Origin: Octopus sinensis
Taxonomy: Eukaryota
Direction of reading: 5' to 3'
Length of the DNA stretch: 64,000 nt
Assembly: GCF_006345805.1 (NCBI RefSeq)
Contig: NC_042998.1
Coordinates: forward strand, 105,958,001 to 106,022,000
Positions within the stretch are counted from its first letter, which is position 1. Every line of letters starts with the position of its first letter. The notes beneath the pieces are model-generated. The model saw only the letters and a list, made by a program, of their open reading frames with translations. It had not been told where the DNA came from and did not search any database. Positions 53,290-64,000 of this stretch are shown one piece after another. Both the position numbers and the translations under genes were made by a program.

Positions 53290-54027
53290 TAAAACAAATG
53301 CAGAGCTGAATAAATACATCACTTATATCACTGATATCAAGAAATCCTCTTGCGAGCGTGACCTAGGCATCACTGTCAGCAGTGATTTGCGTTGGACAAA
53401 GCATATCTCTAAAATTGTCAAGAAGGCCGAGGGTGTCTTGTCATCACTCAGCAAGACTTTTGTTAGCCGCTCTCCAGCCATCTATTTAAAACTGTATACA
53501 GCTATGTTACGACCACACTTGGAATTCGCATCATCAGTTTGGAACCCCTATCTTGCTCAGAACATTGACCTCCTGGAATCTGTTCAGAGACGTGCAACCA
53601 AACGCATACCCTCCATCGGACACCTACCATACTCTGAGTGCCTTGTTTCCCTGGGCATGGATTCACTGAAGCTCCAGCGTCTGGCGATGGACTTGGTAAA
53701 CACCCACAAAGTTATCAACCACCTCACCAACAACAACACTGAACACCTTTTTGATCTCCATGTGTCCAACACACGTGGACATGCCTACAAAGTCAGAAAA
53801 CAACACAGCTCCCATGACTTTCGGAAACATTTTTTCACACTCAGAGTTGCTGAAGCATGGAACAAACTCCCTGCGTCAGTTGTTGACTGCCATGACACTG
53901 CATCCTTTAAGGCCCTCATGCTTTCCGAAATCCTCCGAAAGTACACCTGATTATACATACACTTTAGATGAGTTGTAGTGCACCTGAGCACTGTACACAA
54001 TGTTTTATTATTATTATTATTATTATG

Positions 54028-54066
<39 letters not shown>
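53290..54066 (+). mobile_element. CR1-clade LINE 3' end with (ATT)n tail
   Basis: ERDLGITVSSDL..RPHLEFASSVWNPY..LESVQRRATK..TRGHAYK..RKHFFTLRVAEAWNKLP; tail 54005-54066. Confidence 0.9.
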
Positions 54067-54067
<1 letters not shown>

Positions 54068-54068
<1 letters not shown>

Positions 54069-54200
54069 CGACATAGTCTCCTTGCTTTTTGGTACACTCT
54101 TTCCAGGAGTCTATAAGTTTGTTTATTCCATTAAAGAAGGTTTTCAGTTGGCTGCACAGCCATTTATGCACCACTTCCTGCACGTCTTCATCTGTAGCAA
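54068..54200 (-). mobile_element. Mariner transposase C-terminal fragment
   Basis: VHKWLCSQLKTFFNGINKLIDSWKECTKKQGDYV matches the mariner C-terminal GI.KL..RW.KC....GDYV motif. Confidence 0.75.
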
Positions 54201-56830
54201 ATTGACATACTCATAAAGGATGTTTGAGTAGCCTACTATATAAATGTGTTCGTGTAGACGCATCCAAGTTGGAGTATACATATTTATGTTTCTGGTTCAA
54301 TTAGCATATAAATTTTTACAGGATTCAAGGAAGTCATGTTCACCTTGTGTTATGGCAGAAACCATACATAGCACATGAAGTTTAATCAATAGTTACTGGA
54401 ATGATTGCAGAATTATACAAGATTGATCATATTGAGAAATGATGAAACAATTGTAAATGAAGTATTAAAATGATTTGCCAACTCCATCCTTTGATATTTG
54501 TCATTATATATTTTGTGTGGGTGTGTGTACGTGCATGTACACTTTCACATACACACACATACTCCATGCTCACACATAGATGTGCATATGTGTATATAAG
54601 ACAGTATAGGAAAAATTATTGAATGAATGGAATAAAGTGTAAGAAGGAAATGAAGAAAGAGATGAAGACAAAGACAAGAAGTAAAGATAAAAGAAACAAA
54701 GAAAAAAGAAAAGGAAGTATTAAATCATATCAAAAGAAATCAGAGCAGAAAATGTTAAAATGACCTTTTGGGATGTGAGAGATGTTAAAAGAAGTAAAAT
54801 ATAACTGAAATGTCCTCAAATAATGTGCTGTACCTCTTTCATATTTTCATATTTTATTCATATATCACTCTTTATATTTTATATTTTTGAATTTTGTTTT
54901 AATATTCTTCACATTCATCTTCCAGTTTCAATTCTTTTTCAGTTTTTGTTCTTTTATTTTATACAGTTCCTATTTATTTATTTATATTGCTTTTTTTAGT
55001 TTTAAGATATAATGGACAGCATTTTGAGAGAGTTAGTTGACTTGGAACAAGAAGCATTCAATAGATTTGGAAGTTTTGTACTGAGAATGGATTCTGATGC
55101 TTTGACATCTATGGTATTCAGCTATCATTACTGGTGGTGGCAGCAGCAGCAATGGTAGTGTAGGTGGTTGTGCAGGTGAGCAGAAGGAGGAAGCTAGTGG
55201 GAGAGAGAACAAGATAGTGATTATGTTGATAATAATGATTGATAAGAATTTTTTTTGATGGTACCAGATCAGAAATTTTGACAAGAAAGGTGTATAGTTT
55301 AAATTATTGAAACAACCTGAACTTTCAATTTCATCTTGCACATTTCTATAGTCTGTTCAAAATTCTGGATATTCTATTATTTTAAATATCTGCAAGGTTC
55401 CTGTTCCAATATATTTATATATCCCCCAAATCAATGATTTAAGTTCATATATATATCATCATCATCGTCGTTATTGTTGTCATCATCATCATTATTGTCG
55501 TGTATTAATGACTGTATTTCATGCTAGCATAGATTGGATAGTTTGACAGGATCTGATGGGTCCAAGAACTGCATCACACTCCATTATCTACTTCAGCATG
55601 GTCTTTATGGTATGTACTGGGTGCATTTTCTATGGCACCAGCAGTTTTCAGGTTACCATGCAGCCATCAAGAAGCTCCACTTTGAGTGAGTGAGGCTACA
55701 GTAAAGAAGGGAGGCAGTTGTATGCCAAAGGAAGTGGGGTTAAAGTGTAAGAAGGGGTAAGAACTGAACAGGTTTCTTGCAGCAGAGGAAAAGCTACAAA
55801 GCCACTCATTGTATAGAAGAGAGTTGGAGTGGTTAGGATGGACCCGGAAAGAAATGAGATAAAAATAACAGTGATGAGGTGTCAGGTGTACTCTCAAGAG
55901 TAGAAGTGAGGTGGGGCAGGATAACAGGAAGTGTAGGTGGGGAGAGGTTGCAAGAGTATATAGGAGAGTGAGAGATTGTTAGAAACAGCGAATAATTGTT
56001 AGGGGGTTGATATGTAGGAAAGGTAAAGAAGAGGGGAGAGTAGGTGACAACTGTAGAAATTGTATAGGATGGAAGGGTGATCACTAAACATTTTATCTTA
56101 CTTGCTAATTTTGGCACAAAGCCAGCTGTCTAAGTGGGAAGGGATTCATCAATTAGATTGGCTCCAGTACTTGAGTGTTACTTATCTTATTACCCTCCAA
56201 AAGGATGAAAGCAAAATTGACTCTGGCAGAATTTGAACTCAGAATGTTGAGAGCCAGAAGGAATGCTACTAAGCAATTTGTTTGATGAGCTAAGGATTCT
56301 ACCAGATCATCATTTTAATGATGATGATGATACAGTACCAGGTAGTGGATCTCATGGCTGTTGATTTTAACTGCTTGGAAGCGTTATTATGCACATGTTT
56401 TGTCTTGGTCTAAAAGATGGGCTACAACAAATATTCACTGATTTACTTGTTAGATGCTTGACCTTGACCAGTTAAGCATGCCCCTTAGTGGCTGACAATA
56501 TGTGCATCTCTGATTGTGAGTAGAAATAGTTGGGAGCAGCATAGCTATGTGTGGAAAGGAATTCTTTGGGGTTTGAATAATTCACTTCTGGAAACATGGG
56601 TGCTTTGTTCATCAGTATACAACCCTTTATTTTTGAGCAGGACGGGGTATTCAGCCTGAAGAAAATTCTAACTGGGACCTACTTGCAAGGTTAGGAGCTG
56701 TTTATCTTGATATATGATCACCATGACACACACATATGGTTGTGATGCATGTGCCTGGTGTACACTTAGACAGGTAGTCATGATGAGTATATCAGACTTC
56801 ATATATTTGTACCCTAGTGTCACAGATAGG

Positions 56831-56884
<54 letters not shown>

Positions 56885-57769
56885 TAAAGAAAGAGAGAGA
56901 AAGAGAAAGGAATAGATGGGTAGATAGTTAAGTGGACATCAATATCAGCTAGAGAGATAAAGAGAGACTAGAAGGTGAAGGGAACAAGGCCAGCAGTTTC
57001 AAGGGAGTTGATTACATCAGCCCAGTATTTGAGTGGTACTTATTTTTAGAACGGACGAAAGGCAAAGTCACCCTCAACTGCATTTGTATTCAGAATAATG
57101 ATAATGATAATAATAATAATAATCCTTTCTATTATAGGCACAAAGCTGACAATTTCTGGGGCAGGAGTAAGTCAATAACATTAACCCCAGTACCCAACTG
57201 CTACTTATTTTATCAAGCCCAAAATAATGAAAGGCAAAGTCAACCTTGGTGGAATTTGAACTCAGAATAATATTTTTCTTTTATGTATCACCATTATAAG
57301 TATTTATACTCCAGTGAAATTAAAAAATCAATGCTTAAATAAGCGAAACCCTTGAATCCATCATGGTACTAACACACACACATAGTCACATACCTATGTA
57401 TGTATGTATGTACCCACAGGTGTCTCTGCACATAGGTACACCATGATCTATACACATGAAGATGAGGGTCGATTCAAATGAAAAAGAAAGTGAACAAAAT
57501 GAAATACTTATAGAAAGTATTGCATAAAATTTAAATGATTTCAATGTCTTTCAATGATGGCAGGTGAATCAAACATACTGTCGTTCATTGTAGGATATAA
57601 ATAATATGATCACTTGCTTATTGGAAAATTTGTAAGATCGATTTAAAAAAAAATTTTTTTGTCACCATTATAGGTATTTATACTTCGGTGAAATTAAGAA
57701 ATAAACTCATAAATAAACGAAACCTTTAAATCCATCACTGTACACATGCACACACACACACACACTCAC

Positions 57770-57990
57770 AGAGTTGCATATCTATGTATGTATTTATGTA
57801 TGTTTGAAGATAATCAAAACAAATTTTTATCATTTCGAACCACTCATCCAATGAATATTTCTGCCAAATTTGGTGAAAATCTGTTCACCAGTTTTCCAGT
57901 AATTTTGCAAACACACAGACAAACAGTGATTACACAGACAGACGAGTGATTACAATGCCCAGCTTTGGCTTATGCATGCAGGGTAGTAGT
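57770..57990 (+). mobile_element. Helentron/HINE-like non-autonomous end
   Basis: GCCAAATTTGGTGAAAATCTGTTCACCAGTTTT..(ACAG)n..CAATGCCCAGC..GCAGGGTAG resembles DINE-1/HINE-type termini as I recall them. Confidence 0.45.
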
Positions 57991-60214
57991 AATAATAATA
58001 ATAATAATAATGATAATGGATTTCAAATTTTGGCTCAAGGCCAGCAGATTTGGGAGATAAGCTAAGTCAATTATAGCAATCCCAGTGTTCAACTGACACA
58101 TATTTTATCAACCTCAAAAGGATGGAAGGCAAAGTGGACGCTGGCAAAATTTTAACTCAGAAGGTAAACATCTTACCTGGCATGCTAACAACAACAACAG
58201 TAAGAAGTTTATTGTATATATTGCTTAAGTGCAGTACAACTCGCCAGAAAAAAGGCAAAAGAGGGGACAGAAAGCAAGTAATAAGTCAAGTAAAGACAGC
58301 AATGAAGTCCAAAAAAGGTGCATGTACATAAAAAGACAGAAAAGGGACCAGTAAAAGGTTTCCATATGCAGTCTTATTGCTTGGAAAAGACTTGGAGACG
58401 CCAGTATTAAATTTTACCATAATAATATTGAAGAAACCATTTTTACAGATGAACACTCACAAGCCCTATTAACTAATCCATTGGGAAACAGGTGAGCATT
58501 TGTTTGTTTTATCATGTAAGTCTCTCTTTTACTCTTTTACTTGTTTCAGTCGAGCAAATCAACCCCAGAACTTATTCTTTGTAAGCCTAGTACTTATTCT
58601 CTCGGTCTCTTTTGCCGAACTGCTAAGTTAGGGAGATGTAAACACATCAGCATCAGTTGTCAAGCACTGTTGGGGAGACAAACACAGACACACAAACGTA
58701 TGCACACACACACACACACACACACATATATACATACATATGACGGGCTTCTTTCAGTTTCCGTCTACCAAATCCACTCACAAGGCTTTGGTCGGCCCGA
58801 GGCTATAGTAGAAGACACTTGCCCAAGGTTCCACGCAGAGGGACTGAAACCAGAGCCATGTGGTTCGTGAGCAAGCTACTTAACACACAGCCACTCCTAT
58901 GCCTCTCTAGGTATGTAACTTACTCAAGGACTCAATATATTTGAGCTATATGGAAGTTTTTGTTTTTCTAGCTGAGGAACTTCAGAATCAATAGTTTTAC
59001 ACTGAACATTCCAACGGATGACAACGTTTCATGTGTACAAGCACCTCATGTTTGAATGAAGATTGTGGGGGTGGGGATGATGAACTAAATCATAAAGGCT
59101 AGAGTTCTTTCTTATGGAATATCTTTATCTAATTCAGGGTAGCAGCAAAGAAAGAGATTTTCACTTCTCAACATAAAGAGGAGGAGGGGGAGGAGGAGCA
59201 GAAGGAGGGGAGCAGGAGCAGGAGGAGGGGAGCAGGAGCAGGAGGAGGACAAAGACCATTACTCGATTATGGGAATAGATGAAAAAGATATACGAGAAAA
59301 TTTCCTATAACAAGGTTACTAATATTTTGTTATCTCAGTTGTTTGAGAGGAAAATAAACGTTATCATCATCATCATCATCATTATCAGCAGCAGCAGCAT
59401 CGACATCATCATCATCATTCTCATCATCATTACTACCATCACCATTGATTTCATTCTTAACATGATGATCATTATCATAATCATCACCTTCAGCAGCAAC
59501 AGCATCTTCATCACCATCGCCATTGCCATCACCATTGGTGTCATTCTCAACATAATGATGAACACCTTCACCATCACTGTCATCACTATCATCATCATCA
59601 TCATTATTATCATCATCATCATCACCATCACCCTAACCATCAGTACTATATAATCATCAACAGCATCTATATAACTGTCATCACCACAAATTGTTATCTT
59701 CCTCTGCTTTATCATTACCATTATACTATCATTATCTTCATCATCATCACCCTCCTCCTCTTCATCATCATCATCATCAACAACAACAACACAATTTACA
59801 AAGCGCCAATGAAAAAGCCCTCTATGCTGTTAGTTTCTTTTCAGATGATACTTTACTAGCATTAAAAAATAGAACGAGGAAATACACCAAAGAATATAGT
59901 CATATATGTGTGTATGTGCTGGTGCCATGTTAAAAACACCCAACACACACTGTAAAGTGGTTGACATTTGGAAGAGCATCCAGCTGTAAAAACCAAGCCA
60001 AATCAGACAGGGATCTGGTGCAGCTCTCTGGCCTGCCATCTCTGGTCAAACCAGCCAACCCATACCAGCATGGAAAGCAGACGTTAAAGGATGATGATGA
60101 TGACATGTATACATATATCATCATCATCAATAATGGCATTACACACACACATGCCTTTCTATCTCTCTCTCTCCCTCTATATATATATATATATATATAT
60201 ATATGAATAAAATA

Positions 60215-60540
60215 ATGAAGGCACATGGCTAAGTGGTTTGGGTATTCGGCTTACAATCATAAGGTCATGAGTTCGATTTCCAGTGATGTATTGTGACTTT
60301 GAGCAAGACACTTTATTTCATGTTGCTCCAGTCCACCCAGCTGGTATAAATGAGTAGTACCTGCATTTTGAAGGGCCAGCCTTGTAACATTCTGTGTCAT
60401 GTTGAATCTCCCTGAGAACTACATTAAGGGCATGTATGTCTGTGAAATACTCAGCCACTTCCACATTAATTTCATGAGCAGGCTGTTCCATCTATTAGAT
60501 TAACTGGATCTGTTTGTTGTCATAACTGATAGGGTGCTAG
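60215..60540 (+). mobile_element. tRNA-derived SINE
   Basis: A box TGGCTAAGTGG, B box GAGTTCGATTTCC; family shared with 15745-16055. Confidence 0.85.
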
Positions 60541-60949
60541 TTTTTAAAAACAAAAAAAAAATGCATGCATGCATAAATATATAATTATCAACATCATTTA
60601 ATCTTTGTCTACCATACAAGTATGGGTTTGACTGTTTGACAGTACTGAAAGAGCTTGAGGACTGCATCAAGCTCCATTGTCTGTTTTAACACAGTTTTTA
60701 TTGCTGGATGTCCTTTGTAATGCCAACCACTCTACAGAATATAATGGGCAGATATTTTCGAGATAAAGGCACTAGTGAGTTTGCCAAGTCTTTTACAAGG
60801 CAAAGAAAAAAATCTCCACAACTGAGTGGGGTTGGGGTTCAGGTTGGGATTGTAATAGAAAAATGGCGGATTTATGCCTGATGTTGAGAGGCTAATGTGT
60901 GATAGAGTGACAGGGTCAGGTATCTTGCTGAAGAAGAGATATATAGTTA

Positions 60950-61256
60950 GTGTTGTCTGTTCCTTCTCGAGCCATGCCTGGCTCATAAGGGCCAGTTTCC
61001 CAGTTTCCTTGGCGTATAGGTTCTCCACCTGGACGGACGCTGGTCCATCGCAGGTGAGCTGCAAGATGCAGGAGGAAAGAGTGAGAGAAAGTTGTGGCGA
61101 AGGAGTCAGCAGAAGTTTGCCATTACCTTCTGCTGGAGCCGCATGGAGCTTAGGTGTTTCACTCATAAGCACACACATCGCCCAGTCTGAGATTCAAACT
61201 CGCGATCCCCCTACCGCGAGTCCACTGCTCTAACCATTAGGTCATGTGCCTTCACT
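60950..61256 (-). mobile_element. tRNA-derived SINE with V-domain-like segment
   Basis: Head TGACCTAATGGTTAGAGC..GAGTTTGAATC; internal CCTGCGATGGACCAGCGTCCGTCCAGG resembles the V domain as I recall it. Confidence 0.7.
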
Positions 61257-61932
61257 ATAGCTAGTGTGCATTCCATGAGAGTGAGAATGAATGGAAGGAA
61301 GATAATTATGGTGCTGACAAGGTTTCATGGCATACTTTCAAGATACAAGTAAGTGTATACAAGAAAGAATGCATACAATGAATTGGGAAAAGTGGGTGGA
61401 TAAGTTCATTAGAGTGTGAGAGGAGAGTGACTGATGGTTAGAGATGGGTGTAGAGTTGAATGTAGTGAATGAAACAGGGGTGCAGGTGTGTGGCCAATGG
61501 TAAATATTTATATGGTGAGGGAGGTAAGAGAGATAGAAGTCGCTCAGGAAAGTGGAAGCAATAAATGGAAGTAGAGAATGGAGAGTAGCATCATTATAAA
61601 CCAGTAAATAGATTAGAAAATAGGGAGATGATTGGTAAGTAGGAGAGTGGGAATGAGGGTGATAAAGAGAGGTGTACAGTGACAGAGATTGATGTCAGAA
61701 TTATGTAGGAGTAGCTACAGTGTTTCGTATATATGTATGTGCTATTATTTAGCCAGAAGAGAATTGACAGCATTTACGACCTTTTGCAGGACTTCTAAAC
61801 CTCAGTAATGATGGTAGTGTTAAACTAGTCAGGGGATTAGGTTCTACCACCTGAGAACAGGAATGATCCTTCTAATGGGCTTCAACATTATTTCTAACAA
61901 ATTTCTTTGACAAAGCTTGGTTCACCCTAAGC

Positions 61933-62232
61933 CAATGCTACTCAAAGTGGTGATCCACAGACCAGCACTGGTCCACGAGCCATCAACTGCCAGTACACAG
62001 CAAGTTTCCTGGAAAGAAAGAAACATTATAAAATGCTTATAAATTGCTTATGTAATATTGTATTATTTGTTTACAAAATAAATATAAGATTAAAAAACTG
62101 TCAACTTTTATTATATTCATTATATATATTGTTTCCAGTATAAATTAATATTACTGAGAAATATTACCGGTCCCTAGTACATTGGAAAAAAAAACTGCCA
62201 GTATGTCACATCAGATAGTTTGAGAAGCACTG
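61933..62232. mobile_element. Non-autonomous hAT element
   Basis: Ends CAATGCTACTCAAA / TTTGAGAAGCACTG; TSD CCCTAAGC / CCTTAAGC. Confidence 0.8.
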
Positions 62233-62548
62233 CCTTAAGCTATGTTAGGAGATACTTGCCCAACATGACATGTAACGGTATTAAACAAGTTTATTTCTTA
62301 AACCACAGAGCTATGCTTGCACCCAATATGTCTGCAAGAAGATTTGATAGTCATGGCTAGAATGTCTTTGATGTCATTTTGCTCAATCAAGAATGACCTA
62401 GAAATATAAACCACAACACCACCAATATCAGAAGAATTATTTTCACCATGATAGCTGCTATCAGCAAAATCAAAAGCTAAATCCTCATCATCATCTTCAT
62501 CACTAGATTTGCATTATCAACATTACTGCCATAATCACTACCACCATC

Positions 62549-62580
<32 letters not shown>

Positions 62581-64000
62581 CAGCAGCAACAGTAGAATCC
62601 TCCTTGCTGTAATAACTGCCGACATCAAAACCACTGACAATGTCAGTGTTATTATTATATTATCATTGTCATCATTACCACCTTTGACCACCACCAATAA
62701 CAACAATAAAAATAACAGTAGAATTCTTCTGATCATGATAACCACCAGCATCACAACCACTGATAGTAGCATCAACCTTATATTATCGTTGCACTATCAA
62801 CCATCATCGTCATCGTCAACATTGTCATCATCATCATCACTATAACCGTTATTGTTGTTATTGTTCTTCTTCTTCTTCTTATTTCTGCTGATACAGTAGT
62901 ATTCGCTCTTTAAATACTCACCTTACAACTTCACTCAATGTCCTTTGCTTGAAGTGAAAGTATTGAACTGTCTTTCAACTGATTCCTTTTATCATATGAC
63001 AGACTGCTGTGCAGACAGAAACGACACAAGTCATTGATGGAATATAGATCTGTACTTGAGTCAAAGATCACTTCTGCTGCTGATCTACTATATATAACCA
63101 ATACAAGAGAAGAAAAAAAACACGCTGTGACAGATACAAGTTGAACACAATATTCTGAATTAACAAATACCTTCATACTATTACCAAATATTTCCCTGCT
63201 TTTGTCAAACACCTCAACACAGGAATACATATATGTGTTTACAATTCTGATGTTGTTTGAGTTTATTTAGCTATATCTGTCTATTACTCTCTCTTTCTCC
63301 CCTCTCTCTCTCTTTTTCTCCATCATTTTCTCATCCTGTGCATGTATGTATGTATGTATATATAGGTGCAGATGTAGTTATGTTGTTCCCAATCAGATGG
63401 TTCCAGATTCAGTTTCACTGCAAGGCACCATAGGCAAGTGTCTTCTATTATAGTCTCAGACCAGGCAAAGCCTTATGAGATGGAAACTGAAAGAATCCTG
63501 ACGTATATGTGTATATATATACATATGCTGCTGTCTTATGAAGGTTTCCTATCTTGTTGTTGAAAGCTTGAAATGGGGAGTAATAAACAGTCAACAACAA
63601 CCCACCCCTACACATTACAACCCCCACCCTTCCCACCCCACCCCACCCCATCCCTTACACCCTCTCCCACATACACCACCTCTACCCCAACCACAGCCTA
63701 ACCCACACCCTTGCTTACCCCACTCTTGCCTCTCCACCTCCCAACACCATCACACCACACCACACACCACCATACCACACAACACATCACACCATCACAC
63801 ACTAGCACTGACCACTTCCCAGCCCCACATCCACACACCTACACGTCAAGGTCACCAGCCCTTTTCCATATGCACACCTTAGTTTTGGGATCACCACTAC
63901 TTTATTATCTCCCCTTCTTCCTAGCTCTCCTGTGTGACCCCTCTGTCCGGCATTCGCCATGATAGATCACTAGCCACTACACATTCTTTATTTTCTCTCC

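Noticed and set aside
62922-63090. Minus-strand exon with strong donor AAG|gtgagt (ORF 62931-63230)
   Set aside because: The only open frame stops just before the donor and no homology is recognised; it could be a UTR or lncRNA exon but cannot be supported.

Overview
AT-rich, repeat-dense animal genomic DNA. The SINE/LINE repertoire and microsatellite load resemble Octopus (inference from recalled repeat families, not checked). Most of the window is decayed mobile DNA: tRNA-derived SINEs, LINE remnants (Tx1/L1-like, RTE, CR1, R4-like, CRE-like), hAT and Tc1/mariner elements and MITEs, and long (TA)n, (TG)n, (AAT)n and (CAT)n tracts. Almost all listed ORFs are microsatellite or antisense artefacts. 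The main signal is a set of Penelope-like element (PLE) pieces, several beside (TA)n tracts, carrying eight minimal type I hammerhead ribozyme (HHR) motifs from about six sequence families. These include a perfect 190-bp fold-back (32468-32896) with an intact HHR in each arm, and a tRNA-headed (Pol III A/B box) HHR unit (about 47478-47726) lying antisense to a PLE GIY-YIG endonuclease remnant. No host gene is recognisable by homology; three phase-compatible candidate exons on the minus strand (12350-8881) are reported at low confidence. All alignments and translations were done by eye, and repeat boundaries are approximate unless a TSD or TIR is quoted.
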